The notes beneath the pieces are model-generated. The model did not search any database. It saw only the letters and a list, made by a program, of their open reading frames with translations, and had not been told where the DNA came from. A DNA stretch of 64,000 nucleotides. It comes from Candidatus Krumholzibacteriia bacterium (GTDB taxonomy: Bacteria > Krumholzibacteriota > Krumholzibacteriia > Krumholzibacteriales > Krumholzibacteriaceae). This document shows positions 11,506 through 21,909 of the stretch, piece after piece. Location: contig JAGLYV010000077.1 in NCBI GenBank assembly GCA_023131975.1, forward strand, positions 24,546-88,545. The letters are read 5' to 3'. Made by a program: the position numbers and the translations under genes. How positions within the stretch are numbered: position 1 is the stretch's first letter; each line of letters starts with the position of its first letter.

Positions 11506-14310
11506 ATGCCTAAAGTCCTTACAGTGATTGTCATCATCCTTCTGGCTGGTGCTTTAGTATCACCCGCCGCCGCGCAGTATCCATTCGGAAAAAACAAGAT
11601 ACAGTATATTGCCAAAGACTGGCGCGTAATCGAAACTGAACATTCCGAGATATTCTATTATCCTGAAGAATCCGCGCTGGCTCAATTCGTCTCGGGTTTC
11701 GTGGAAGATGTCTACGATGAATATTCAGATTATTTTGATCTCGAATTCGATCGAAAGATTCCGATAATCCTCTATGGAACCCACCATGATTTCAAGGAGA
11801 CCAACGTAATACCATATATGGTGTCAGAGGGAACTGGAGGATTCACCGAATTTATAAAAGGGCGCGTCGCGCTTCCCTTTATGGGGTCATATTCCGGCCT
11901 AAAAGCGGTATTTCGACATGAGATGGTCCATGTCTTCATGCTGGAAAAACTCCGCTCTGTAATGAATCTCAGGCGAAGATACACGTATATGCATCCACCT
12001 CTCTGGTTTACCGAGGGGCTTGCCGAGTTCCTCGCTCATGGAGCTCCTGACACAGAAGCCGATATGTTCATAAGAGACGCTGTCACATACGGGAACCTCT
12101 ATTCCCTCCAGGACCTGTGGAGGATCCTTGGGACTTACATGATGTACAAGGAAGGTGAATCGGCTCTGCATTACATCGCGGGAAGATTTGGTCACAAGGC
12201 CGTAAGGATGATTCTTGAGAACTGGTGGAAATCAGACAAGTTCGATTTCGTGCTCGAGAAGACGATCGGCCTGAAAGAAGACGAGTTGGACAGGGACTGG
12301 CAGGAATACCTGAGGAAAAAGCATTATCCTTCGATAATGACGAGGCGAAGAGTGGGGGAGATAACCGAACAGATATCTCCCGATGAATGGTCTTTTGAGA
12401 ATCATCCGGTCATGGTGCGTGGTGATGAGGATGGAGAGGACAGGGTGTTTTGTCTTGGGTTCGGGTTGGGAAGTGTGGATCTTTTTGAACTTGTGAAAAA
12501 CAAAAAGAACGAATGGAAACGCAGGAGCATCATAAGAGGGGGAAGAAGCGACAGATTCGAGTCGATCCCCATACTCAGGAGCAGTATCTCGGCGATAGGC
12601 GACACCCTTCTTTTCGTATCAAAATCCGGAGAACGGGATGTCATCTATCTTTATGACACAACTGATGAAAAAGTCGTCACAAAAATAGATTACGATAAAG
12701 CGCGGATAATAAATTCTCCGGCGATGTCGCATGACAGAAGATCGATAGTATTTTCAGCCATCGGTTTTAACGGCAGAACAGACCTGTTTGTCCATGATCT
12801 GTCGGATGGAAGTTTCAGGAGGCTTACCGATGACTATCACGAAGAGACGACCCCCCGGTGGCTTCCGGGTAGTGATACCGTGATATTCAGTTCAGACAGA
12901 AGGGATCTGGAGCCAGGAGATAAAAGGGCCATCTATTCTATCGACATCAATACCGGCGTGATGAGACAGGTGACTCGGGGAGAGGAATCTGACACAGATC
13001 CGAATCCCCTCCAGGACGGAAGCGGTTTTCTTTTCTCTTCCGACCGGAGCGGGACACCTGATATCTACCTGATGAGTAACGGAATAGTCACCAGACAGAC
13101 TAACGTGCTGGGGGGAGCCTTCGGGCCATGCCCCTCTCACGATGGACGTTCATTCGTAATGGCTTCCTACAGCGGAGGTACATATCATATTTATCGTGGC
13201 AAAATCAGAAAAGATAATCATTCCAGGCCCGAAAAGTTCGAAGATCTCTCGATCAGGAAATGGGAACCCTCTCCGCCTGATACTTCCGGAGTCTATCAGG
13301 ACAAGGATTACAGGGTTCGGTTCGGTGTAGACCTTATAGCAGCGGCTTTCGCGGTCGACCCTGATTACGGATACATGGGAAATGGTGCCCAGATATTTCT
13401 CACGGATGTGATGGGTGACCATCAGCTGGTTTTCCTGTTCGGAAGCGCATCCGATGATTTTTCGAATTTCTGGGAAAACCTGAATCTTGGATTTACATAC
13501 GTAAACAGGACACGCAGACTTAATTACGCCTTAGGAGCCTTTCATCTGGCGAGTTATATAGGGTCGGTCTACGACATATTCCGATTCGAACGCAGATACG
13601 GTGTGATGGGTGGCCTGAGTTATCCATTTTCCAAATTCAGAAGGGTCGACCTGCAGACTGTTTTCAAATTTATGGAACGTGATGACGACATAACAAATAT
13701 CGGGCTTCAAGACGGCAGGACCAAGCTTCTTTCGAATTACCTCTCGTTCACTTCAGATAATATAGTGTGGGGGATAGGCGGACCGTTTAACGGGCACCGC
13801 ATGAATGTATCTATCGGAAGATCCTTCGACCTTGATGGCTCAAGGTACGAGAGTACTACTCTTAGTCTCGATCTTCGGAATTATTTCAATTTTGGTAGAA
13901 GGGTGGTATTCGCGCAGAGATTTGTGAGCAGGAACGCGTGGGGAAGTGATATCCAACTATTTTATCTGGGTGGTTCCTGGGATCTTCGAGGGTATAATTT
14001 TCGTCAATATGCCGGAAAAAGAACATTGCTCGTCAACAATGAGATCAGGTTTCCTCTTTTGGACGGACTCATCGTCAGGCTTCCTTTCGGTACTATAGAA
14101 TTTCCATTGTTCAGAGGTTCTCTATTCCTCGATGCGGGAAAAGTCGAGGGGTTCGTTATGGACACCGACTGGCTGGGAAGTATCGGGACGGGTGTTGAGA
14201 TGAACCTCGGATATCTTCCGGTAATAAGGGTGAATTTTGTAAGAAAGACCGATTTCAGGACAATTGATGACGACACCCGTATCGACGTCTTTCTTGGATT
14301 CAATTTTTAG
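11506..14310 (+). CDS. Omp85/BamA-family outer membrane protein with N-terminal zinc peptidase (MA-like) and TolB-like beta-propeller
   Basis: Signal peptide; HEMVH...WFTEGLAE gluzincin motif; PD40-like repeats (FSSDR, PRW); Omp85 loop FYLGGSWDLRGY; terminal aromatic FNF. Confidence 0.8.
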   Translation: MPKVLTVIVIILLAGALVSPAAAQYPFGKNKIQYIAKDWRVIETEHSEIFYYPEESALAQFVSGFVEDVYDEYSDYFDLEFDRKIPIILYGTHHDFKETNVIPYMVSEGTGGFTEFIKGRVALPFMGSYSGLKAVFRHEMVHVFMLEKLRSVMNLRRRYTYMHPPLWFTEGLAEFLAHGAPDTEADMFIRDAVTYGNLYSLQDLWRILGTYMMYKEGESALHYIAGRFGHKAVRMILENWWKSDKFDFVLEKTIGLKEDELDRDWQEYLRKKHYPSIMTRRRVGEITEQISPDEWSFENHPVMVRGDEDGEDRVFCLGFGLGSVDLFELVKNKKNEWKRRSIIRGGRSDRFESIPILRSSISAIGDTLLFVSKSGERDVIYLYDTTDEKVVTKIDYDKARIINSPAMSHDRRSIVFSAIGFNGRTDLFVHDLSDGSFRRLTDDYHEETTPRWLPGSDTVIFSSDRRDLEPGDKRAIYSIDINTGVMRQVTRGEESDTDPNPLQDGSGFLFSSDRSGTPDIYLMSNGIVTRQTNVLGGAFGPCPSHDGRSFVMASYSGGTYHIYRGKIRKDNHSRPEKFEDLSIRKWEPSPPDTSGVYQDKDYRVRFGVDLIAAAFAVDPDYGYMGNGAQIFLTDVMGDHQLVFLFGSASDDFSNFWENLNLGFTYVNRTRRLNYALGAFHLASYIGSVYDIFRFERRYGVMGGLSYPFSKFRRVDLQTVFKFMERDDDITNIGLQDGRTKLLSNYLSFTSDNIVWGIGGPFNGHRMNVSIGRSFDLDGSRYESTTLSLDLRNYFNFGRRVVFAQRFVSRNAWGSDIQLFYLGGSWDLRGYNFRQYAGKRTLLVNNEIRFPLLDGLIVRLPFGTIEFPLFRGSLFLDAGKVEGFVMDTDWLGSIGTGVEMNLGYLPVIRVNFVRKTDFRTIDDDTRIDVFLGFNF

Positions 14311-14334
14311 TATCCAATATCCAGGATGGAAAAA

Positions 14335-16173
14335 TCATTTCCCGGTCTTTTCAAAGACACCAAGAGCCATCTCATACCTGTTGAACGGAGCGCTGACCTG
14401 AGCGCCGGCGATGCGTGGCAATAGCTTGTCAAGGATCTCCACCGCGATCTCCACACCTGTCATCATGGCTTTTTCTCCGGTACCGGCAGTTTTCATTCGC
14501 TCCAGTATCTCATCCGGGACAGAGACTCCGGGAAGTTCATTGTTCATGAATTCGGCGTTCTTGAAGCTTGTGAGTGGCCATATCCCCGCTATTACGGGTA
14601 TCTTCCGCGATTCAGCCCGTTCAATGAATCTCTCGAATACTTCCAGGTCGAATACGGGTTGTGTTATCGCGAATTCAGCCCCGGCTTCGACTTTCCAGTG
14701 GAATCTATCCATTTCCAGCTCGAAATCTGCCGCGCCCGGATTGACGCCTACACCGGTGAAGAACGATGTCGGACTTCCCAGTGGATGGTTTCCGATGTCG
14801 CGCCCCCGGTTCAGGCTGAAGACCACATTTGTGAGGCCTATCGCATCGATATCGAAGACTGACGTCGCGTCGGGATAGTCACCTGTTTTTACAGGATCGC
14901 CTGTGATGATCAGAATGTTTCGCAGGCCAAGCGCATGAGCACCGAGAATATCTGACTGCATTCCAAGAATATTTCTGTCACGGCAGCAGTAGTGAAGGAC
15001 CGTCTCAATCCCGCATTCCTTCTCAATAAGTACTGCCGAGGAGAGAGCACTCATCCTGGATGATGCCCTGGGGCTGTCGGGAATATTGATGGCGTCGACG
15101 CCGCTGTCGGAGAGAAAGCTGGCCGCCTTGAGTATTTTCTCCGGGTCACAGCCCCTGGGTGGCACGAGTTCGACCAATCTCACGAATTCTCCCCTGGACA
15201 CTTTGCCGGAAAGGGCAGATTTTTCTTCCAGGGGGATGGGGGAGACTTCGTATTCAGTATCTCTGGTCATGTCAGGAATGTTGATCCTGTGTACGGCTGG
15301 CAAGACTGATACAAGTGAATTTCTCATAGCCCGTGTATGTTCCGGAGTCGTACCACAGCAACCCCCGACCACCGAAGCGCCGGCGCTGACAAATCGCCTG
15401 GCGTATTCGGCCATGTATTCAGGGGAAGTCATATAGATGTTTCTTCCATCTACATTCTGCGGAATCCCGGCGTTCGGTTGAGCCGAGAGATAAGCGTCGA
15501 CTACATCCGCCATTTTTTCGATTGCCTCAAGCATCATCCTTGGACCTACTGAGCAGTTGACTCCTACAACGTCAGCGCCCCATGAACTGAGCCTCATGGC
15601 GAACTCGCCCGGTTCGGTCCCATACATACCGAGCCCGTCCTGTTGCAGGGCCATCTGGGCGATGACGGGCAGATCGGATATCTTCCTGAGGGCTCTGATA
15701 GCTTGATGTATCTCGTTCAAATCGGAAAATGTCTCGAGGATGAAAAGGTCGACTCCGCCTTCAAGCAGGACCGCAGCCTGTTCGGCGAAAGCATCCCGTG
15801 CTTCCTCGTTTGATGTCGGCCCCCATGGTTCGATCCTTATTCCGAGAGGCCCTATAGCTCCGGCAACAAGACCCGTCTTGCCGGCAGCTTCTCTCGCGAG
15901 GGATGCGCCCGCGGCATTAATATCCTGGAGTCTTTCGTCGAAACCATGGAGTTTCAACTTGAAGCGGTTTGCCCCGAACGTGTTAGTCTCTATTACATCG
16001 GCGCCGGCCTTGATATAATCTGAATGAATCGACTTTACGAGATCGGGATCGGATAAGTTGATGGTATCGAAACAGCGGTTTATGAAAACACCTCTCTCAT
16101 ACAGCATGGTACCCATGGCACCGTCAAAGAGTACCGCACCTTCCGAAAGTCTTTTCAGAAACCTCGAAGACAT
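14335..16173 (-). CDS. yitJ: Bifunctional homocysteine S-methyltransferase / methylenetetrahydrofolate reductase (YitJ type)
   Basis: DGAMGT, TNTFGAN, GVNCS, PNAG, GGCCGT Zn ligands; MTHFR half with INIPDSP, ITGD, ITQPVFD; start chosen at ATG 16173. Confidence 0.93.
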   Translation of the reverse strand: MSSRFLKRLSEGAVLFDGAMGTMLYERGVFINRCFDTINLSDPDLVKSIHSDYIKAGADVIETNTFGANRFKLKLHGFDERLQDINAAGASLAREAAGKTGLVAGAIGPLGIRIEPWGPTSNEEARDAFAEQAAVLLEGGVDLFILETFSDLNEIHQAIRALRKISDLPVIAQMALQQDGLGMYGTEPGEFAMRLSSWGADVVGVNCSVGPRMMLEAIEKMADVVDAYLSAQPNAGIPQNVDGRNIYMTSPEYMAEYARRFVSAGASVVGGCCGTTPEHTRAMRNSLVSVLPAVHRINIPDMTRDTEYEVSPIPLEEKSALSGKVSRGEFVRLVELVPPRGCDPEKILKAASFLSDSGVDAINIPDSPRASSRMSALSSAVLIEKECGIETVLHYCCRDRNILGMQSDILGAHALGLRNILIITGDPVKTGDYPDATSVFDIDAIGLTNVVFSLNRGRDIGNHPLGSPTSFFTGVGVNPGAADFELEMDRFHWKVEAGAEFAITQPVFDLEVFERFIERAESRKIPVIAGIWPLTSFKNAEFMNNELPGVSVPDEILERMKTAGTGEKAMMTGVEIAVEILDKLLPRIAGAQVSAPFNRYEMALGVFEKTGK

Positions 16174-16312
16174 CAGTTCTTCTTTCGATAAAAGTCGTTT
16201 ATTCACAGGTCCAGGGTACTTCAATCTTGCATAAATACCTGCGGTAACCTAGTATATATCGTAATAATTTTTGATTGCAATCTTAAAACGATTAACAGGA
16301 AATGGAACAACG

Positions 16313-18025
16313 ATGGCAAAAATGAGATGGTCTGAAAGTTGTATCCCGACTTTGAAGGAAGATCCGCGTGAAGCTGAGATCCCCAGCCACAAGCTTATGC
16401 TGCGGGCTGGCCTTATAAAGAAGCTGACCTCGGGTGTGTATACATTTCTTCCAACAGGATTCAAGGTCCTGAAAAGGATCGAGAACATCATAAGGGAGGA
16501 GATGGACGACGCAGGGTGTCAGGAAGTCCTGATGCCTATACTGCATCCGGAGGAGATATATGAAGAGAGTGGAAGGCTGAAGAGTTTCGGTCCGGAATTG
16601 TTCAAACTCCAGGACGGACGCAAGAGGACGTTCGCGCTCGGCCCTACACACGAAGAAGTGATCACCCTGGTCGCCCGCGACGAGATGAGAAGCTACAGGG
16701 ATCTGCCTCAGTGCCTGTACCAGATACTGACGAAGTTCAGGGACGAGATCAGACCGAGATATGGTGTGATGCGGGCTCGTGAGTTCATAATGAAGGATGC
16801 CTACAGCTTTCATGTGTCTGACGAATCTCTGGACGTGACATACAGACGTCTGGAAAAAGCATATTGCAGGATAATCGAAAGGTGTGGGCTCGACTTTCGT
16901 GTCGTTGAAGCAGAATCTGGTTATATCGGAGGCAACGAGTCGCATGAGTTCATGGTCCTGGCTGACAATGGAGAGGACAGGATCCTCAGTTGTGATTGTG
17001 GTTATGCCGTCAATCTGGAACGAGCGACAGCCAGCGAAAAAGATGAAAAACGCGGCGCTCCCGGAACTGGCGCCTTTAAAGAAGTAGAGACACCAGACCA
17101 GAAAACGGTCGGAGATGTCGCCTCATTTCTCGGCGTCACTTCCCGTGAGATCGTAAAAACCCTTCTCTACAGGAGTGGAGAGAAAAATATAGCCCTTCTT
17201 ATCCCGGGTGACCGGGAGGTCAATGGTATAAAACTGGTCAGGATCCTCGACGACCCAGAGATCCGGTTTCTGGAGCCGGGGGAAATCAAGGAGTTTACCG
17301 GGGGTCCCGTCGGCTTCTCCGGACCTGTAGGACTACCCGCGGGGACGAGTATATACGCCGACAATCTGATAGGATCTTTCGACAGTATGATAGTGGGAGC
17401 CAACAAGGAAGATATGCATCTGAGGGATGTTGTGGCTGGCCGCGACTTTGAGATTGCCATGTCGGGTGATTTTACGATGGCAAGGGAGGGTGATCTCTGT
17501 CCGAAGTGCGCGTCGAAGATGAATAAAAGTAACGGGATCGAGGTAGGCCACATCTTCAAACTCGGAACGAAATACTCCAGCGCCATGAAAGCGACTTTCC
17601 TGGATGACAAAGGTAAAAGCCATCCCTTCATCATGGGCTGCTATGGATTCGGAGTGAGCAGGATGGTCGCGGCTGCGATAGAACAACACCATGATGAAGA
17701 CGGGATAATCTGGAATCCTGCCATTGCGCCATTCGATGTTATCCTTCTGCCATTGAATACGAATGATGCCGAGGTAATGAAAGTGGCGGAGGAGATCGAG
17801 TCCGGGCTTCACGAAAGAGGATTGAGCGTACTGACAGATGACAGGAGCCTCAGCCCGGGTGTCAAGTTCAAGGATTCAGAGCTCATCGGAATTCCGCTGA
17901 GAGTCACAATCGGTAAGAAGCTGAAAGATGGCAAGGTCGAACTCTTCCAGAGAGCAACCCGACAGGTAGATGATATACCTGTCGGTGATGTTCTGGAAAA
18001 AATTCTGGAATTTGCAGGGGATTAG
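16313..18025 (+). CDS. proS: Prolyl-tRNA synthetase (bacterial type with INS editing domain)
   Basis: SHKLMLRAG, LGPTHEE, KFRDEIRPRYGVMRAREFIMKDAYSF, EVGHIFKLG, MGCYGFG. Confidence 0.99.
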   Translation: MAKMRWSESCIPTLKEDPREAEIPSHKLMLRAGLIKKLTSGVYTFLPTGFKVLKRIENIIREEMDDAGCQEVLMPILHPEEIYEESGRLKSFGPELFKLQDGRKRTFALGPTHEEVITLVARDEMRSYRDLPQCLYQILTKFRDEIRPRYGVMRAREFIMKDAYSFHVSDESLDVTYRRLEKAYCRIIERCGLDFRVVEAESGYIGGNESHEFMVLADNGEDRILSCDCGYAVNLERATASEKDEKRGAPGTGAFKEVETPDQKTVGDVASFLGVTSREIVKTLLYRSGEKNIALLIPGDREVNGIKLVRILDDPEIRFLEPGEIKEFTGGPVGFSGPVGLPAGTSIYADNLIGSFDSMIVGANKEDMHLRDVVAGRDFEIAMSGDFTMAREGDLCPKCASKMNKSNGIEVGHIFKLGTKYSSAMKATFLDDKGKSHPFIMGCYGFGVSRMVAAAIEQHHDEDGIIWNPAIAPFDVILLPLNTNDAEVMKVAEEIESGLHERGLSVLTDDRSLSPGVKFKDSELIGIPLRVTIGKKLKDGKVELFQRATRQVDDIPVGDVLEKILEFAGD

Positions 18026-18273
18026 GATTCTTTTGTCACCCTGGAAAGTCTTGATTTAAGACGGGCGGCAGTTCTGTGATGAATAATCCCTTTTCTGACG
18101 GTCTTGTCGATGACAGAGACGATGCCAGGATAGCTGTTACGGACGGTCTCGGTATCTTCGATAGCCTTGAAGGCCTTGATAGCCTTACGGAGACCGGACC
18201 GGTGCACCCTGTTTCTCAGGCGCCTCGTTTCGTTCTGTCGCATTCTCTTCTCAGTAGACTTATTATTCGGCAT
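18022..18273 (-). CDS. rpsT: 30S ribosomal protein S20
   Basis: MPNNKSTEKRMRQ...KGIIHHRTAARLKSRL; GGAGGTGA SD. Confidence 0.96.
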   Translation of the reverse strand: MPNNKSTEKRMRQNETRRLRNRVHRSGLRKAIKAFKAIEDTETVRNSYPGIVSVIDKTVRKGIIHHRTAARLKSRLSRVTKES

Positions 18274-18298
18274 ATAGTTTCACCTCCAACGATTGCAT

Positions 18299-18327
18299 AA
18301 CATAATAGAAGGAGAAGGGTTTGTCAA
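18299..18327 (-). promoter_or_regulatory. sigma70-type promoter for rpsT, overlapping the uvrC start codon
   Basis: TTGACA-N17-TATGTT on the - strand. Confidence 0.65.
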
Positions 18328-20138
18328 GTGGACAGACTGATAAATTAAAGGAAAGATTGAAAGAGCTGCCCGACTCTCCCGGTGTATACCTGATGAAGGA
18401 CCAAAAGGAGAGGGTTATTTATGTGGGAAAGGCCAAAGTCCTGAAAAACAGGGTGAGGAGCTACTTTCAAAGTGCTGAGAATCTCGACAGCAAGACCGTA
18501 GCTCTCGTATCCCGTATAGTATCAATAGATTACATTGCTACAGAGAACGAAGTCGAAGCGTTGATGCTTGAGAATAACCTGATCAAGGAGTATCGACCGA
18601 AGTACAATGTCAGGCTGAAAGACGATAAGAAATACCCGTTTTTGAAACTTACCGTAAAGGAAAGATTTCCAAGGCTTTTTCTCACCCGGATCGTCAAAAA
18701 TGACGGCAGCGAATATTTCGGGCCATACGGGAATGCCGGATCTGTGAGGAGAACACTTGAATTGATCAGGAATATCTTTCCGTTAAGGACATGTCCAAGC
18801 ACTAAACTCGGGAGCGACAGGGAGAGGGAATGTCTCAACTTCCAGATCGGGCGATGTTCCGGCCCATGTACGGGAAAGATAGACGAGCAGTCGTATGCAT
18901 CACTGGTCAGGCAGGTAAGGCTTTTCCTGAAAGGAAAAACTGGCAGACTCCGGAGAATACTGGAAAAGAGGATGGATTACCTTTCGAATCAGATGAGATA
19001 TGAGGAGGCATCGGTCGTGAGGGACCAGATCGCCGCGATCAGCCGGATTTCCGAGCGTCAGCATGCCGTCGACCCGGTGGGAGGAGACGAGGACGTGGTT
19101 TCTATCGTCTATGAGGGCATCTCGGCATGCGGTGTTGTGATGAGGATCAGGGATGGGCGCATCCTCGGTTCGGATTCTTTTATGATCCCCGATACGGTCG
19201 AAAAGGATTCCAGCAGGGTAATGAGCTCTTTCCTTCAACTCTATTATCATACATCGATGGATATCCCTGGATTGATCCAGGCCCAGGTAATGCCGGAAGA
19301 CGCCGACGTGCTCGCGGAATGGCTTTCAGCAAAACGCGGTAAGAGTACAAGGATAGCCGTTCCTTCCAGGGGTGGCAGGAAAAAACTGGTCGATCTCGCG
19401 GAAAAGAACGCTATGATGAAGCTTGTGGCAGATTCCGGACGCAGTTCTTCCTCGATCAGCGTTCTGGCGGGTCTTAAAAAAGTACTTGGGTTGAATTCCA
19501 CGCCATTCAGGATAGAGGCGTTCGACATCTCAAATATCCAGGGTACGGATGCGGTCGGGTCGATGGTCGTATTTGAAAATGGCAGGGCAAGGCGTAACGG
19601 ATACAGACATTTCAGGATCAGGACAGTCGAGGGGATGGATGATTTCGCGATGATGGCCGAAGTACTGTCCCGGCGGGCGGGCGCACTTAAAAGCGGGAAG
19701 CAGCGCAGTCCCGACCTGATTGTCATCGATGGTGGCCGCGGACAGGTGAATGCCGCGGTAAAAGCATTATCAGTAAACGATATAAGCGGCATTCCTGTTG
19801 TGGGTCTGGCAAAACGGAACGAGGAGATCCATATGGCGGGATATGCGGGCGTCATAAGGCTTTCGAGGAGAAACGAAGCACTGAGATTCCTTCAGAGGAT
19901 GAGAGATGAAGCTCACAGGTTCGCTGTGGAGTATCACAGAAAGCTTCGAAGAAGAAAAATATCGACTTCCGAGCTCGATGGAATAGACGGGATAGGCGAA
20001 AAGAGGAAGATCAAACTGCTTATGGAGTTCGGCAGCCTGGAAGGGATCAGGAAAGCAGGGATAGATGAGATCGCCTCGATCCCCGGCATCGGAACACGCA
20101 TCGCGGGAAAGGTGTATGGCGGTCTTCATGAAGAATGA
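18321..20138 (+). CDS. uvrC: Excinuclease ABC subunit C
   Basis: GIY-YIG (PGVYLMK..YVGKAKVLKNRV), CLNFQIGRCSGPC, IEAFDISN, IDGGRGQ, RDEAHRFA, HhH GIG. Confidence 0.98.
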   Translation: MSSGQTDKLKERLKELPDSPGVYLMKDQKERVIYVGKAKVLKNRVRSYFQSAENLDSKTVALVSRIVSIDYIATENEVEALMLENNLIKEYRPKYNVRLKDDKKYPFLKLTVKERFPRLFLTRIVKNDGSEYFGPYGNAGSVRRTLELIRNIFPLRTCPSTKLGSDRERECLNFQIGRCSGPCTGKIDEQSYASLVRQVRLFLKGKTGRLRRILEKRMDYLSNQMRYEEASVVRDQIAAISRISERQHAVDPVGGDEDVVSIVYEGISACGVVMRIRDGRILGSDSFMIPDTVEKDSSRVMSSFLQLYYHTSMDIPGLIQAQVMPEDADVLAEWLSAKRGKSTRIAVPSRGGRKKLVDLAEKNAMMKLVADSGRSSSSISVLAGLKKVLGLNSTPFRIEAFDISNIQGTDAVGSMVVFENGRARRNGYRHFRIRTVEGMDDFAMMAEVLSRRAGALKSGKQRSPDLIVIDGGRGQVNAAVKALSVNDISGIPVVGLAKRNEEIHMAGYAGVIRLSRRNEALRFLQRMRDEAHRFAVEYHRKLRRRKISTSELDGIDGIGEKRKIKLLMEFGSLEGIRKAGIDEIASIPGIGTRIAGKVYGGLHEE

Positions 20139-21033
20139 TTCCCGTTCTGAAATCGAGGTCATGATAGATCTTTATCTTGATCATCTCGCTGTAGAGAAGG
20201 GTTTATCGCAATTAACGATTACAGCATACGGGCGTGACCTCCTGGTATACGTGAGGTACCTGAAAGACGCCGGAATCGATTCGCCTGCCTCTATAGACCT
20301 GTCCTCCAGCCTTGGTTTCGTGGCGGCTACGTCAGATGGCAGATCAGCTTCCAGCAGAGCAAGGATGCTCAGCGCTGTAAAGGGTTTTCATCGTTTTCTT
20401 TACAGGGAGGGAACGATGCGCTCTCTCGATGTACGGGGGATATCTTCGCCTAAAATAACAAGGAGGATCCCGTTCGTATTGACACAGGTGGAGGTAGAGC
20501 AGCTTATGTCTGCCACCTGTGACGAAAAAAGCGGTGTGCGCGACAGAGCTATGCTGGAGTTCGCGTATTCTACCGGCATGAGAGCATCGGAGATCTGCGA
20601 TCAGAAGATAGAGAATGTCGATCTGGACTCGAGGATAGCGCGTGTCAGGGGAAAGGGGGGGAAGGAGAGGATCGTTCCCTACGGAAAAGCCGCCGCCGCG
20701 GCCCTTTCGGACTATCTCAATGGACCGAGGGAAAAAGTCTTGAAAGGAGAGTCCTCCATATATCTTTTTCTGAATTACAGGGGAAGGAGGATATCGAGGG
20801 TCAGTTTCTGGAAGATCATAAAGAAATACGCCAACAAATCCGGGTTGCCGGCAGATGTCACTCCCCACACCCTGAGACATTCTTTTGCCACACACCTGGT
20901 CGAAGGGGGAGCGGATCTGCGCACAGTCCAGGAACTTCTGGGACATTCGGATATTTCGACTACCCAGATCTATACCCGGCTCGACATGGAATACCTGCTG
21001 GAAGTCCACCGGACTTTTCACCCGCGTGGTTGA
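20128..21033 (+). CDS. xerD: Tyrosine recombinase XerD
   Basis: RDRAMLEFAYSTGMRASE, GKGGKERIVP, TPHTLRHSFATHL, LLGHSDISTTQIY, FHPRG; upstream of scpAB; start 20116 or 20128. Confidence 0.92.
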   Translation: MKNDSRSEIEVMIDLYLDHLAVEKGLSQLTITAYGRDLLVYVRYLKDAGIDSPASIDLSSSLGFVAATSDGRSASSRARMLSAVKGFHRFLYREGTMRSLDVRGISSPKITRRIPFVLTQVEVEQLMSATCDEKSGVRDRAMLEFAYSTGMRASEICDQKIENVDLDSRIARVRGKGGKERIVPYGKAAAAALSDYLNGPREKVLKGESSIYLFLNYRGRRISRVSFWKIIKKYANKSGLPADVTPHTLRHSFATHLVEGGADLRTVQELLGHSDISTTQIYTRLDMEYLLEVHRTFHPRG

Positions 21034-21042
21034 AACAAAGAG

Positions 21043-21071
21043 TTGACATCGGCCACTTCTTTTCATAGCAT
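21043..21071 (+). promoter_or_regulatory. sigma70-type promoter upstream of scpA
   Basis: TTGACA-N17-TAGCAT. Confidence 0.7.
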
Positions 21072-21144
21072 TACCCGGACATGATTTTCATGTGATCACA
21101 GGAAGCTATTGGCGGTAATTCTGTTACAGCGAATTAGAGGGTAG

Positions 21145-21909
21145 ATGGCATATCAGATAAGGCTTTCACAGTTCGAAGGGCCGTTGGATCTGCTTCTTCA
21201 TCTGATAAGAAGAGACAAGATCAATATATACGACATCCCGATATCACATATCACCAGGGAATATCTCTCATACATCGATGTCATGCGTGAGCTCGAACTT
21301 GCTATGGCTGGTGAATTCTTTGTCATGGCCGCGACACTTATGAGGATAAAGGCCCAGATGCTTCTCCCCAGGAGGGTTGAGGAAGAAGAGATGGAAGAAG
21401 ATCCCCGGGAAGAACTGGTCAAAAACCTGATCGAATACAGAAAATTCAAAGAGGCCGCAAATCATCTTTCAGAGAAGGAAGAAGTCAGGAGACAGCTTTT
21501 CACAAGACCACCTTCCGTCATTCCCGCCGAATTCAACTCTGAAAAAGAGCGGGAGATGGAAGTCTCCGTTTTTGATCTGATGGACGCCTTCAGAAGCGTA
21601 ATGGATGAATTGAAGAAGAAAGTCACCTACAGGATCGAACGCGAGACTTTCACGATAGAGGAGAAGATCGAGCATGTACGTGACAGCCTGGCAGAAAAGT
21701 CCGAGGTTCTTTTTACGGAGCTTCTTTCGGGTGCCTACGACAAACTTGAAGTCATAGTGACATTTCTGGCTATTCTGGAGATGATCAAGGCAGGAGAGCT
21801 TCTTGCCAGACAGATGCTGTCAGGTAACGATGTCTGGTTGTATCGCAGGGATGAGAACGAGAATGGAACCGCAGGAAATCTGTATGGAGCAGGAACAAAA
21901 ACAGGATAA
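21145..21909 (+). CDS. scpA: Segregation and condensation protein A
   Basis: FEGPLDLLLHLI, IVTFLAILEM. Confidence 0.97.
   Translation: MAYQIRLSQFEGPLDLLLHLIRRDKINIYDIPISHITREYLSYIDVMRELELAMAGEFFVMAATLMRIKAQMLLPRRVEEEEMEEDPREELVKNLIEYRKFKEAANHLSEKEEVRRQLFTRPPSVIPAEFNSEKEREMEVSVFDLMDAFRSVMDELKKKVTYRIERETFTIEEKIEHVRDSLAEKSEVLFTELLSGAYDKLEVIVTFLAILEMIKAGELLARQMLSGNDVWLYRRDENENGTAGNLYGAGTKTG

Noticed and set aside
16174-16312. SAM riboswitch before yitJ or T-box before proS
   Set aside because: The divergent intergenic space is too short and no conserved motifs were seen
5678-21033. Two tyrosine recombinases as possible mobile-element integrases
   Set aside because: Size, motifs and neighbours (trmFO/hslVU; uvrC/scpAB) fit chromosomal XerC and XerD; no dif or att site recognised
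21091-21100. Palindrome TGTGATCACA upstream of scpA, CRP-like half sites
   Set aside because: No 6-bp spacer and a single short occurrence; compatible with chance
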